Shown: positions 13,247-26,900 of the stretch, piece by piece
How the letters are laid out: the number at the start of each line of letters is the position of its first letter
Position numbering within the stretch: position 1 is the first letter of the stretch
Assembly: GCA_964016885.1 (NCBI GenBank)
Contig: OZ024741.1
Span: 361,274,001 to 361,338,000 of the forward strand
From: Eledone cirrhosa
Lineage: Eukaryota
Reading direction: 5' to 3'
Length of the DNA stretch: 64,000 bases
Notes under the pieces: model-generated
What the model saw: the letters and a program-made list of their open reading frames with translations, nothing else
The model's database searches: none
Told to the model about the DNA's origin: nothing
Translations under genes and position numbers: made by a program

Positions 13247-13419
13247 TATTTTAATGTATGTTTAGAATTAGATTCCTCTAAACTATGAGGCCTGGGCTAC
13301 AATCATATGTAAATCTGATGCTGTATATGTTACACCAGCTTGTTCACCTAAAAAAACAAATCTCATTCCATGCTGTAGAATCTAAATTTAGCTCAGTCAG
13401 GAAATTACTTTCTGAGTTG

Positions 13420-13499
13420 CTTCCATCTTATGCTAGAAGAACTCTGCTGGAGTATCTCTTCCATCTTATGCTAGAAGAACTCTGCTGGAGTATCTCTTC
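13420..13499. repeat. 38-bp tandem duplication
   Basis: CTTCCATCTTATGCTAGAAGAACTCTGCTGGAGTATCT occurs twice. Confidence 0.9.
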
Positions 13500-15506
13500 A
13501 AATTATAGAATCAGAAATTATAGAAGAGAACATGTACTCAGCAATTCATATAATAAAATTAGAATGATATATAGACAATATGATGATGATGATGATGATG
13601 ATGACAATAACTAAAAAGTTCCAAAATATTTCCATGTGTTCTTATGAGTCAGTGGAGGAGTTTCTACATAGTCACACAACCTACTAGAAATATCAACTAA
13701 ATATTCTTCAAATCACATCCTACTTAAAAAAAAGCATATCGGATAATGTAGTCTTAAATACAATGGGTAAAAAAAAAAGAAAACTGGGATAGCCATGGTT
13801 AGAATGCCTCAGATCATAGATCTGGTCACTTATGGTTGAACTAGGACTAAACAACAACAATGAATCCTGATTTCAAATGCAGACGTTTTGTTATATATTT
13901 GAACAGAGAAATTAATTCTAAATAATTAAACATGCATTTTGGGAAGGTCAAGCTGCCAATCAAAATACATGCATTAGTCGAGTTTCACTTCAGTTTTATT
14001 ATTAATCAGATAATTTATCTATCAAATCAGTCAGTTTAATCAATTAATCAATTAATTGTAACATTCTTTTCATCACAACCTGTGACCTTATCAATGATCA
14101 TTGCCCTCAGTCATCTCTTCATCACCTCTTCCTCCATATTTTCTGCCTGTCTGTCCTCTTTCAACCCTTCGTGTTAAGGAGTAGTGTGCACATGTCTGCA
14201 TGCTTGTACATAGATAGATGTGTGACTTTTGTTGCATTTGTGAAATTTACTAAAATCTTATCTTTGAGAAATCATTCAGTATCAGAATGTCTGGGAATGT
14301 TAACCTTTGATAGACTGGCATACTGTCCAGGGGGAAGATTTATCTCATTTGTTTTAATGCCATGAAACCACAGCTAAACAATCATCAGATTCCATTCTAA
14401 ATGTCTCTTATAGCTTGAGAGCCGTTTATATTTTTACATCACATCCCACTTAGCTTACTTAGATAATAGATAATCTGAGTGACAGCTGACCACTTATCAT
14501 CAATCACTCTATATTTACTTACTGAGGTGTTTACACAGAAAATATATCTACTTCCTCCATCCCCTATCTTTCTAAGAGATTCTAAATATTTAATTGTTAT
14601 TTCACTCCTCCCATAAGGATGTTGGATTGACAGAATTGTTAGAACATCAGACAATAAGCTTTGCAGTATTTGTTCCAGCTCTTTATGTTCTAAGTTCAAG
14701 TCCTACCTAGGTGAACTTTACCTTTCATCCTTCTAGACTCAATAAGATAAAATAGTAGATAAGTACTGAGGCCAATTTAATCAACATTCCCAATTGCCCC
14801 CAAATTGCTGGCCTTGTGCCTGAATTTGAAACTTATTTCATGCTTTCCATACAATTTTGTTTTTGTCTATATATTTTGAATTCATAATGGCAATCATTAG
14901 AGAGTAAGACAAATTGCTTTGCAATATTTGTTTTGATTCTCTGCTCTTGAGTTCAAGTACCACTGAGATCAATTTTGCCTTTCATCCTTTTGGGATTGAT
15001 AACTATAAACCACTACAAGGCAATAGATTAGACAAGTTGCTGAGCAGCATCTCATTGGCTCTTTGTATTCTAAGATCAGCTGTGACAACACTGAGACCAA
15101 GCTGTATCAATCCTTCACTTTCCTGTAGACAACATCAGTGGTGTAGAGAGAGGAGAATTGTATGCATGAGTGACAAGTGGTCTTCTATAAAAAATTAAAA
15201 AACCTTGCCTGGGCTTGTATGTCGGAGAAGAACTTTACTAGTGCAGTTCCATAGTTGCATGAGACACAGGACTAGGATAAAAATTTAATCCTCCTATCCA
15301 GTATTGTTTATATTTTGTGGCACAAACTAACTTACTATATTTAGTTATGAACCTTTACATTGTCTTTATATCCTGTCCAGGTCATCTTTCTTTCAGCCTT
15401 CTGAGGCGGATATATGTATGTGTATGTGAACACTATATGTATATATGTGCATATGTGAATGCTATATGTATATGTGTGTATGTATATATATGTGTGTATG
15501 TAAATA

Positions 15507-16075
15507 TACAACCTGTCTCATGGTCGGGTCGTTGGCGACTAAACTGGCAACCCCACCAAGTTTTCTTGGTGAGGAGGGTGACTTTGAACATTCTGCAGGA
15601 CTAAAAACAAAACCTGTCAAAGGGCAAAGGATCTCTTAAGAGTTAATGGCCATCCAAAATCACCGGGAAAGATGACCCCTTAGCCTTTGTCAAGGCAGAA
15701 TTCTAGGAGAAGGAAAACTCTGATATAACACCTGCAACCCTGAAGGTATCCAATGATGTTGACTTGTTCTTCTTATTGGTAAATATCATCTTGGTTAAGA
15801 GAGTGGGACTGGCTTGGTGCAGTGCCTTTGCTCACTATAAAAGCTTCACAGCACAAGCATTGCTTTATATCTGGAGATCTCTCTGCACTTGTCGTCACAT
15901 GGTACCATGGGCCCAGCACTATGTGTCAATAATTGTCACAAGTGTAGTGTTTGTACCAGAGTTTTCAAGTCACTGGCTGGACTAAAAAGTCACACTCATT
16001 CAGCGCATCGGTAGGGGTTCTCCTACATGGATATAAAGTAGTGGCCGTACTTGAAAACGAGTTGGCAGCCACCAT
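15507..16075 (+). mobile_element. About 570-bp interspersed element, probably an RTE-related non-autonomous retroposon (copy 1)
   Basis: Highly similar inverted copy at 40488-41056. Contains CTAGGAGAAGGAAAACTCTGA, which I recall from RTE 5' regions. Flanked by microsatellites. Confidence 0.8.
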
Positions 16076-16600
16076 GTAAATGGTATATGTATATATGTTT
16101 GTATGTGAATGCTATATGTGTATGTGTGTGTATGTAAATGGTATATGTATATATGAGTGTATGTGAATTATTATGTGTATGTATGTAAATGATATATGTA
16201 TATATGTGTGTGTATGTAAATGGTATATGTATGTGTGTGTATGTAAATGGTATATGTATATATGTGTGTATGTAAATGGTATATGTATATGTGTGTGTAT
16301 GTAAATGGTATATGTATGTGTGTGTATGTAAATGGTATATGTATATATGTGTGTATGTAAATGGTATATGTATATGTGTGTGTATGTAAATGGTATATGT
16401 ATGTGTGTGTATGTAAATGGTATATGTATATATGTGTGTATGTAAATGGTATATGTATATGTGTGTGTATGTAAATGGTATATGTATGTGTGTGTATGTA
16501 ATTGGTATATGTATGTGTGTGCATGTAAATGGTATATGTATGTGTGTGTATGTAAATTGTATATGTATGTGTGTGTGTATGTAAATGGTATATGTGTATG
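16076..16600. repeat. 26-28-bp minisatellite (ATGTAAATGGTATATGTATGTGTGTGT)n, about 19 units
   Basis: Directly visible periodic ATGTAAATGG. Confidence 0.93.
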
Positions 16601-17249
16601 TGAGTATGAAGAACCGGCATCTGGAGCCACACAACTGCTAATTGGTTTTATGAATTGTAGGGGAGGGGTGTTAAGAAGAAATATGTTAAGTTTACTTCAC
16701 TATTACATGGTCTTGAGTTCAATCTCATTGCATGGCACCTTAAGCAAGTGTAATCTACTATAACTTCAGGTTGACAAATACCTTGGTGAGTGAAATGTGA
16801 TAGATGTGTGTACATGTGTGCCCATGTCTGAATTTACCAGCAATGGAAAAAGAAGTAGTCTGGTCAATATATTTAACTAAATCCTTTGAAGGTGGTGGCC
16901 CAGCATGGGCAAATGACTGAAGCCAGTAAAAGAATAAAAGAATAAAAACATGGAAATACTCCAATGTGAGTATATGGAAATTTTCCAGCATCTTAATGGA
17001 AATATGGCAATTTAGCTGGAAAACAAAAAATATCTATTTTATTTTTATTTTTAACAGAAGTCTTCAGAGAATACAAAATATTTGTTTCTATCTAAACCAA
17101 ACTAGGAAATTTATAGACATAGGCCTAGGCATGTAGTTTCAGGTTCAGTCCCATTTGTTACATCTTAGGCAAGTGTCTTTTACTATAACCTTGGGTTGAC
17201 CAATACCTTGTGAGTAGAACTTGGTAGACAGAAAATGTAGAAACCTATA

Positions 17250-17310
<61 letters not shown>

Positions 17311-17470
17311 ATATATACACATATAAAAGTCAAACTTTTTAGACAATTTTTAAGATTAGGTGAATACTACATTTGAAGATACTACTACTTGAAATTCAAG
17401 CTAGAATCCAAAGTAGCAGAAGGCCAAATGATTTTTAAACAAATATAAAAAAACAATGAATTACAATAAT

Positions 17471-17820
17471 TGTTTCTACTTTAGGCACAAGGCCAGCAAT
17501 TACACAGTACATTACTGGTACTTTATTTTATTGACCCCGTAAGGATGAAAGGCAAAGTCAACCTCGGCGGGATTTGAACTCAGATTGTACAGGGACGTAA
17601 CTATGCTGGAAAGCAATGAATTACAATAATTGTTTCTATTTTAGGCACAAGGCCAGCAATTACACAGCGCATTACTGGTACTTTATTTTATCGACCCCGT
17701 AAGGATGAAAGGCAAAGAAAGTTAACCTCGGCGGGATTTGAACTCAGACTGTAAAGGGACGTAACTATGCTAGAAAGCATGGCGTCCAACCCTCTACCGA
17801 TACTGCCAATTCACCGCCCT
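17471..17820 (-). mobile_element. tRNA-derived SINE, truncated copy plus full copy in tandem
   Basis: A/B-box head (GGCGGTGAATTGGCAGTATCGG...GAGTTCAAATCCCGCC on the minus strand). AATGAATTACAATAAT occurs three times (17455, 17615, 17821). Confidence 0.9.
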
Positions 17821-18744
17821 AATGAATTACAATAATATTACCAATTCTATGTACCAAAACACACATCCTAGTAAATAACAAAATGTCCCATAACTTAGCA
17901 GTTTGACAAAAAGAGATTGATAAAATACAGAACAGACCTGAAAAGAATCAGAACTGAGGTCAATATAAATGAAGGTGGTACTCCAGCATAGCTGTAGTCT
18001 AATGACTGAAACAAATAAAAAATATAAAATATCACTTTGAACACATCTTGAAATGTCATTAAATATCTAGGATTGGAGTAGCAAGAAATTCTTGTGTTAG
18101 ATGAATTTCATATATGCAGGAAATGTTATCCCTTGATTCTGTTTAGTCATTTTTCTAGTTATTTATTATCTCTAGTCCTTAAAAAGTTGTACAGAATATT
18201 CAGCTGCTTTTTGATTGTCAGTTAGTCTGTTAGTGACTACTAGTAGTTTCTTCCTGTTTAGTAAACATGATAGCTGCCCTGCCCAAACTTTATTTTTATC
18301 TATCTTCTTATATGAGCAGTGAATGATATATCAACTATCAGCTGGATGTGAAGAATAATTAGTTTTTTAATGACTACATGTAATCAGAAAACAGTTTATT
18401 CAGTAGAGAGCTCACATATAATATACATCTATATTTAAGCTATATTTAGTTTCCATCAATCTAATGTTTTGGATGGCTGAATAGGTAGGGCACTGAATGA
18501 AATGCTTTACCTAATTTAGTTACATCTCTTTAGCTATTGATTTCAAATTCCACCATGGTTCATGTCACTTTTCGTCCATTTCAGGGTTATATGTACCAAT
18601 CAAGTTTAAGGCCAATTTAACCCTTTTGATACCAAACCATCTAAGACTATCCCTCACCCCAACGTCTATGTTCGGCCATGTAGAACTTTAAATGCTCAAA
18701 ACATATCTATATCTATATTCATTTATTATGGCTTAGTGGTGAGC

Positions 18745-18985
18745 CTTGTTAATCTGGAGTTTTACCTTTTTGAATTCCATATGTCTAACACCTGTGGATA
18801 TGCTTACAAAATCAGAAAACTGTACAGCTCCCATGACTTTCAGAAACAATTTTTCATGCTCAGAGTTACTGAAGCATGGAACAAACTACCTGCATCATTT
18901 GTTAGCTGTTGGGACACCACATCCTTCAAAACTTCCATGCTTTCCAAAATTCACCAACACTACACCTGATATTCCCCTCCATACG
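18745..18985 (+). mobile_element. CR1 3' fragment
   Basis: MSNTCGYAYKIRK...FFMLRVTEAWNKLP. Same family as 8975-10229. Confidence 0.85.
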
Positions 18986-19242
18986 TACACATACATACAT
19001 ATACACATATATATATATATATGTGTGTGTGTGTATACTTATACATACAACATACACATATGCATGCACGCACACACACACATACATATATACATATCTA
19101 TCTCTCCTGAAACTATTAAAAGTATCCTGTAATTAATTTGCAGTATAAACATGAAACATACAACAGTCATTACTTTTGACTTTGACAGGTTTTCACTCTG
19201 CCAAAGTTAATGAAAATACTTGACAGTTGTTACATAGGTTTA

Positions 19243-19469
19243 TTAACCCTTTAGCATTTAAACCAGCTATATCTGGCCAGAATTCTCCCACCTCTTTCTG
19301 TTCAAACTGGCTGTAACTGGCCACACATACTGATGTTAAGGTTTTGTTCTCGAAATAAATAATATCAAAACCTCATAGATTCAATATTATGAGATAATTA
19401 TGTGAGGTAAAGCCTTTACCATGAAAATATCATAGTAAATATAGAGTAATGTAAATGTTAAAGGGTTAA
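19243..19469 (+). mobile_element. piggyBac-like MITE, family A
   Basis: TTAACCCTTTAGCATTTA...TAAATGTTAAAGGGTTAA. Confidence 0.85.
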
Positions 19470-19761
19470 AAGAAGGAAAAAAATGGAAAAGGATTCAATT
19501 ATCAGCTTGGATCAAGGAAACAATATTTCCATTTGTCTTTCCATTGCTGATACTCAGAGTTAGCATCTATGTATTGTAGGTTAGCCTTACAATGTATGAC
19601 CCATTTGCCAGCTATGTGCCCTATTATCCTAAAATGTAATAATTTCAACTTACACTTTGGCAAGCTGACAAACCTAGTTTTTGACACCACTTGCTCTACT
19701 ACCCTAAGAAAATTACTAAGCAGTATCTTCTACTACAAAGTCCACACACACACCCATGCCT

Positions 19762-20130
19762 CCATCAGGCATCTACCATACTCTGAATGCCTTGCTTCCC
19801 TGGGCGTGGATAAATTTAAGCTCTGACGTCTGGCAACTGACTTGGTAGACACCCACAAAATTATTTACCATCTTGCCAACAACAACACTGAGCACCTTTT
19901 TGAATTCCATGTCTAACATCTGTGGACATGCTTCCAAAATCAGAAAACAGTACAGCTCCCATGACTTTTAGAAACATTTTTTTCATGCTCAGAGTAGCTG
20001 AAACATGGAACAAACTGCCTGCATCAGTTGTTAGTTGTTGAGACACTGCATCCTTCAAAACTTCCATGCTTCCTGAAATTTGTAGTGCACCTGAGCACTG
20101 TACACAATCATTTTCATTATATTATATATA
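19762..20130 (+). mobile_element. CR1 3' fragment with ATGCCT duplication
   Basis: SIRHLPYSECLASLG through the CR1 3' end. ATGCCT at 19756-19761 and 20131-20136. Confidence 0.88.
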
Positions 20131-22138
20131 ATGCCTGTTAAAAGTCATAACATCATATGATCCTCTCCGTTGTTTTCAATATTTCAACAATGCTGCTACA
20201 CAGCAAAGGTATTTAGTGATATTTTTATTGATCATAGAGAATTATATATTTTTTCTAATTATACAAATGTGTATAATACTGTGATCCTTTAATTTTCAGT
20301 AAGGCACTTCTCTAAAGTTAGCACCCTAGGTGGCTTCCTAGTTGGCTTTAATGATAGCGCCATCCTTGCTGGTCATAGCTCTTGACAGAAAGAGGCAGAA
20401 TTTGAACTCAGAATGCACAGAACGAAATCGGTTATCACAAAGTATCTCATCCAATTTTATAATTACTCTGCCAATCCACAATGGCCTAGATTGGTACTGT
20501 TTTATCAACCCCCAAATTGATGAAAAGCAAAGTTAACCTTGGTGGGATTTGAACTCAGTGTACAAAGAGCCAGTACAAATACCAAGACATTTAATCTGAT
20601 GCTCTAATGACTCAGCCGTTCAACAACTTATGTAACGGAAAATTTAATGTCCTATCAGATACACATGTTGCTGTTGTTGTTTAGCCTCAGGTCACATTAT
20701 CATATGTATCCATTGTTAAGATTAATGGCATCGGGATTTACCAGATCATAGTTTTGCCATTTGCTGCTATTAATATTGTTCTTATCCTTTATCAATTTAA
20801 CTCTTTTGTGACTGTATATTTAATGAAAGACATTCTATTTCAATTAAGTAATGAAGAATTTTGAGGGATTTATTAAAATTATTAATTATTTCCTTACTAA
20901 AACATATTTTATACAAAATTGTTTCCTTACTTAACATATTTTATACAAAATTGTGTTGGAAGATTTTAATTCAAATTGAAGACTTTTAATTTGGGTGGAT
21001 TTGCTTCATAGAATCAGATCCAGTTTAGGCTGGTTTAATATCAAAAAGGTTAAACAGCTGTAATAAAAACCTTAGATGTACTCAGGTCAGGTCTACCTTC
21101 TCTCTATATGTGTTACATTGTATTGGTAGCCAAAGTTTGCTGAGACAGATTTAACTGTTGAGGTACAAACTGTGGTTTACTTATCTGGGATAGACTAACA
21201 TCTGGTGACCTCACAGACACATACTAACATCTGGTGACCTCACAAACACATACTAACATGTTTGTGAACTAATGACTTCACAGACACACATACACATTAA
21301 TAACCACCTAGTGGTAAGGGTGTTGGACTTACAATCATAATGCCATGGGATAGATGCCTGGGCTGGGTTGATTGTTGTGTTGTTGAGCAAAGCACTTCAT
21401 TTCATGTTGCTTCAGTATAATCAGCTAAGGGTTTAACCCTATGATGGACTAGCATCCTGTCCAGTGGAAGTCTTGTACTCTCAGTCACTTCATGCCATGA
21501 AACCGGGATAAGCACCAGTTCAACATGCTGCTTGCAGTGCATGAGGGTGTATATGCGTGCACCCCCACCCACTTGATACATCAACAAGCACAAGCTATAC
21601 AAACACACACACACTAATGACCAACCCACCCATGCACATACACATAAATGACCAACCACACGCACATGCACAAGCATACTGATATCTCCACAGGCTTACT
21701 AATTTGTCAAATGGTACAACAATGAATCTACAAATACATTGATACATCCTTGATACATCCACAGGTATAGTAATGACTTCACAAACACAGATACATTAAT
21801 GTCTCCCCCCCCCCCGCTAACCCACTCATGGATTCACGGGCATGATTATGATTCCTATAACACCAGGTTGAATTCACATGCACAATGACAGAACTACAAA
21901 CTGGCTTCTGCAGTTTCTGTCTACCAAATTTCACTTACAACGCATTGGTTAACCTTAGACTATAGTAGAAGAATCTTGCCCAAGGTGCCATACTGTAGGA
22001 CTGCACCAGAAACCACAAGGTTGTAAAGTGAATTCCTTAACCAAACAGCCATGTCTGCACCTTTATTTAATTTTTCAAATTGTATTTTATTTCATTTTAA
22101 TTTATTCTGTTTGTTTATCATTTTTTTTTCTTTTGTAG

Positions 22139-22208
22139 GAAATTTGTGATGATCCAAAATTCTTTGTTGGTGGTGCATCTCGATTTGATGTTAAACAAGG
22201 AGAACTGG
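22139..22208 (+). CDS. Classical calpain (CalpA/B-like) exon, 70 nt: EICDDPKFFVGGASRFDVKQGELG
   Basis: T-rich tract ending TTTTGTAG, donor G|GTAAGT. Translation matches the calpain PC1 motif QGxLG that precedes the catalytic Cys. Phase 0 to phase 1. Confidence 0.97.
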
Positions 22209-23109
22209 GTAAGTCAGTTTCATTTGCTAACCACAAACTAACTGTTCTAAACTACAGTTGATTTCACTCCTATTTTGGTAATTACTACATGGCTTAGCTT
22301 TAGCTACCAACATATAATTTACTTTCCTCGCCAATTACTCTGCTGGAAATATAATGTTCCTATTTTGGTTTTAACAGCCATTAGTTTACAAACCTACATT
22401 CCAGTGTAATTTTTCTCATTCAGTATCTATTTAGTGCGGATTTAATTAAAATTAATTTGGTGTTTATTATGAGTAATTATATACTACTATAAGGTGTGGT
22501 GAGTTATGTAAGGATTGACAGAATCATTACATATATAAACGTGCCATGGTTTCAAATCATACTTATTGATGTCTTAGCTTTGTAAAGTTTAGTAATTATA
22601 CATTATGTCACATCTTGCTGACCTAACATTGTATATACATAGATAGGAGATATTAGAATTATACTTAACTGGCCATGGTGTGAATTCTTAGATATTTGAC
22701 ATATTATGTCACACTTCACTGTCACAAGAGTGTATGAATCCTTAGATATAAGATATAAGGCAATAAAGTGCGTCAAGTTGTTAGAGCACTGGATTGAATG
22801 CCTCAGTATTTCTTCCAGTTCTCTATACTCTAAGTTCAAATCTTGCCATGGTTAACATTACCTTTCATCCTTTTAGAGTTGATAAATAAAGTACCAGTCC
22901 AGTGGTGGAATTATTAAAGAGTCGGACAAGATGCTTTGCAGTATCTAATCTGGCTCTGTACATCCTGTGTTCAAATTCCATCTTCTTTTGCTAAGAGTTA
23001 CAAGTAAGAGATAGTATCAGCAATGGAAAGACCAATGGAAACATTATTTCCTTGGTATGATGTCACGATTGACTCCTTTTCTTTCCCTTTCCCCCCCCTT
23101 TCATGAAAT

Positions 23110-23380
23110 ACTAGATGAGGGTAACATCTTCTCCCTCTTTCTCTCTCTCTCTCTCAACAAATTACATTCCTTGTCTCTCTCTATTTATGTACATCACTTT
23201 CACTCAGTGTTCCCCCTCTCTCTATATAGATGAGGGCGACGTCATAACTTTCTGTCACCTTGAAAACACACAATGTTCCGTTTTCTCTCTCTATCTATGT
23301 ACATATCTCTCGCTTGGCACTCCCCCTCTCTATATAAAGTGAGCAAGACGTGCAGACAGACAGACAGAGCTCTTATTATA
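23110..23380 (-). mobile_element. Non-autonomous Helitron-like element
   Basis: Minus strand begins TATAATAAGAGCTC(TGTC)n and ends CTAGT. Internal duplicated CT-rich blocks. Confidence 0.45.
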
Positions 23381-23596
23381 ATTGTTTCTACTTTTGGCAC
23401 AAGGCCAGCAATTACCCCAGTGCATTGTCAGGATTTGAACCCAGGCCATAAAGAGCCGTAACTCTATGCTGCAAAGCATGGCATTCAATCCTCTACAGAT
23501 ACTGCCAACCCATTGCAACAGTGTTCTTATTATAATATGGACAAGATGTGTTTCTTATATGTGACATACTATCTCACACTTCACTGTTCCAACAAT

Positions 23597-23820
23597 GTAT
23601 CTATCATTATATGTTACACACTATGTCACACTAGTGTGTCTATCATTATATGTTACACACTATGTCACACTAGTGTGTCTATCAGTATATGTTACACACT
23701 ATGTCACACTAGTGTGTCTATCATTATATGTTACACACTATGTCACACGAGTGTGTCTATCATTATATGTGACACACTATATCACACTAGTGTGTCTATC
23801 ATTATATGTGACACACTATA
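23597..23820. repeat. 39-bp tandem repeat, about 6 copies
   Basis: CTAGTGTGTCTATCATTATATGTTACACACTATGTCACA units. 13-aa periodicity in the ORF track. Confidence 0.95.
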
Positions 23821-26800
23821 TTGTGAGTGGGAGTGACCATGTAAATTGTGAGTGGGAGTGACCATGTAAATTGTGGGGAGAGAGTGACCATGTAAATTGT
23901 GAGTGAGAGTGACCATGTAAATTGTGAGAGAGTGACCATGTAAATTGTGAGTGAGAGTGACCATGTAAATTGTGAGAGAGTGACCATGTAAATTGTGAGT
24001 GAGAGTGACCATGTAAATTGTGCGTGAGAGTGACCATGTAAATTGTGGGGAGAGAGTGACCATGTAATTTGTGGGGAGAGCATGACCATGTAAATTGTGA
24101 GTGAGAGTGACCATGTAAATTGTGAGTGGGAGTGACCATGTAAATTGTGAGTGGGAGTGACCATGTAAATTGTGGGGAGGGAGTGACCATGTAAATTGTG
24201 AGTGAGAGTGACCATGTAAATTGTGAGTGGGAGTGACCATGTAAATTGTGAGTGGGAGTGACCATGTAAATTGTGGGGAGGGAGTGACCATGTAAATTGT
24301 GAGTGAGAGTGACCATGTAAATTGTGAGTTGGAGTGACCATGTAAATTGTGAGTGAGAGTGACCATGTAAATTGTGGGGAGAGAGTGACCATGTAAATTG
24401 TGGGGAGAGAGTGACCATGTAAATTGTGGGGAGAGAGTGACCATGTAAATTGTGAGTGAGAGTGACCATGTAAATTGTGAGTGGGAGTGACCATGTAAAT
24501 TGTGAGTGGAAGTGACCATGTAAATTGTGAGTGGGAGTGACCATGTAAATTGTGGGGAGGGAGTGACCATGTAAATTGTGAGTGAGAGTGACCATGTAAA
24601 TTGTGAGTTGGAGTGACCATGTAAATTGTGGGTGGGAGTGACCATGTAAATTGTGGGGAGAGAGTGACCATGTAAATTGTGGGGAGAGAGTGACCATGTA
24701 AATTGTGGGGAGAGAGTGACCATGTAAATTGTGAGTGAGAGTGACCATGTAAATTGTGAGTGGGAGTGACCATGTAAATTGTGAGTGGAAGTGACCATGT
24801 AAATTGTGAGTGAGAGTGACAATGTAAATTTTGAGTGAGAGTGACCATGTAAATTGTGAGTGGGAGTGACCATGTAAATTGTGAGTGGGAGTGACCATGT
24901 AAATTGTGAGTGAGAGTGACCATGTATATTGTGTGTGGGAGTGACCATGTAAATTGTGAGTGGGAGTGACCATGTAAATTGTGGGGAGAGAGTGACCATG
25001 TAAATTGTGAGTGACAGTGACCATGTAAATTGTGAGTGAGAGTGATCATGTAAATTCTGAGTGAGAGTGACCATGTAAATTGTGAGTGAGAGTGACCATG
25101 TAAATTGTGAGTGGGAGTGACCATGTAAATTGTGGGGAGAGAGTGACCATGTAAATTGTGAGGAGAGAGTGACCATGTAAATTGTAAGTGAGAGGGACCA
25201 TGTAACTTGTGAGTGAGAGTGACCATGTAAATTGTGGGGAGAGAGTGACCATGTAAATTGTGAGTGAGAGTGACCATGTAAATTGTGAGTGAGAGTGACC
25301 ATGTAAATTGTGAGTGAGAGTGACCATGTAAATTGTGAGTGAGAGTGACCATGTAAATTGTGAGTGAGAGTGACCACGTAAATTGTGAGTGGGAGTGACC
25401 ATGTAAATTGTGGGGAGAGAGTGACCATGTAAATTGTGAGTGGGAGTGACCATGTAAATTGTGGGTGAGAGTGATCATGTAAATTGTGGGGAGAGAGTGA
25501 CCATATAAATTGTGGGGAGAGAGTGACCATGTAAATTGTGAGTGAGAGGGACCATGTAACTTGTGAGTGAGAGTGACCATGTAAATTGTGGGGAGAGAGT
25601 GACCATGTAAATTGTGAGTGAGAGTGACCATGTAAATTGTAAGTGAGAGTGACCATGTAAATTGTGAGTGAGAGTGACCATGTAAATTGTGAGTGAGAGT
25701 GACCATGTAAATTGTGAGTGAGAGTGACCATGTAAATTGTGAGTGGGAGTGACCATGTAAATTGTGAGTGAGAGGGACCATGTAAATTGTGAGTGGGAGT
25801 GACCATGTAAATTGTGAGTGAGAGTGACCATGTAAATTGTGAGTGAGAGTGACCATGTAAATTGTGAGTGAGAGTGACCATGTAAATTGTGAGTGAGAGT
25901 GACCATGTAAATTGTGAGTGGGAGTGACCATGTAAATTGTGAGTGAGAGTGACCATGTAAATTGTGAGTGAGAGTGACCATGTAAATTGTGAGTGAGAGT
26001 GACCATGTAAATTGTGAGTGAGAGTGACCATGTAAATTGTGAGTGGGAGTGACCATGTAAATTGTGAGTGAGAGTGACCATGTAAATTGTGAGTGAGAGT
26101 GACCATGTAAATTGTGAGTGAGAGTGACCATGTAAATTGTGAGTAAGAGTGACCATGTAAATTGTGAGTGGGAGTGACCATGTAAATTGTGAGTGGGAGT
26201 GACCATGTAAATTGTGGGGAGAGAGTGACCATGTAAATTGTGAGTGAGAGTGACCATGTAAATTGTGAGTGAGAGTGACCATGTAAATTGTGAGTGAGAG
26301 TGACCATGTAAATTGTGAGTGAGAGTGACCATGTAAATTGTGCGTGAGAGTGACCATGTAAATTGTGGGGAGAGAGTGACCATGTAAATTGTGGGGAGAG
26401 CATGACCATGTAAATTGTGAGTGAGAGTGACCATGTAAATTGTGAGTGGGAGTGACCATGTAAATTGTGAGTGGGAGTGACCATGTAAATTGTGGGGAGG
26501 GAGTGATCATGTAAATTGTGAGTGAGAGTGACCATGTAAATTGTGAGTGAGAGTGACCATGTAAATTGTGAGTGAGAGTAACCATGTAAATTGTGAGTGG
26601 GAGTGACCATGTAAATTGTGAGTGGGGGTGACCATGTAAATTGTGGGGAGAGAGTGACCATGTAAATTGTGAGTGAGAGTGACCATGTAAATTGTGAGTG
26701 AGAGTGATCATGTAAATTGTGAGTGAGAGTGACCATGTAAATTGTGAGTGAGAGTGACCATGTAAATTGTGAGTGGGAGTGACCATGTAAATTGTGAGTG

Positions 26801-26900
26801 AGAGTGACCATGTAAATTGTGAGTGGGAGTGACCATGTAAATTGTGGGGAGAGAGTGACCATGTAAATTGTGGGTGGGAGTGACCATGTAAATTGTGAGG
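23821..26900. repeat. 3.1-kb minisatellite of 25/26-bp units (GAGTGACCATGTAAATTGTGAGTGA), about 120 copies
   Basis: Directly visible. No unique spacers. Degenerate units continue to about 26980. Confidence 0.98.

Noticed and set aside
1-22138. Upstream calpain exon (FEDPEF...WKRP)
   Set aside because: Not found by eye. It probably lies left of the window, so assignment of this region as intron is inferred.
23821-26900. CRISPR-like array
   Set aside because: Units are contiguous with only a few recurring variants. There are no unique spacers or cas genes, and the context is eukaryotic.
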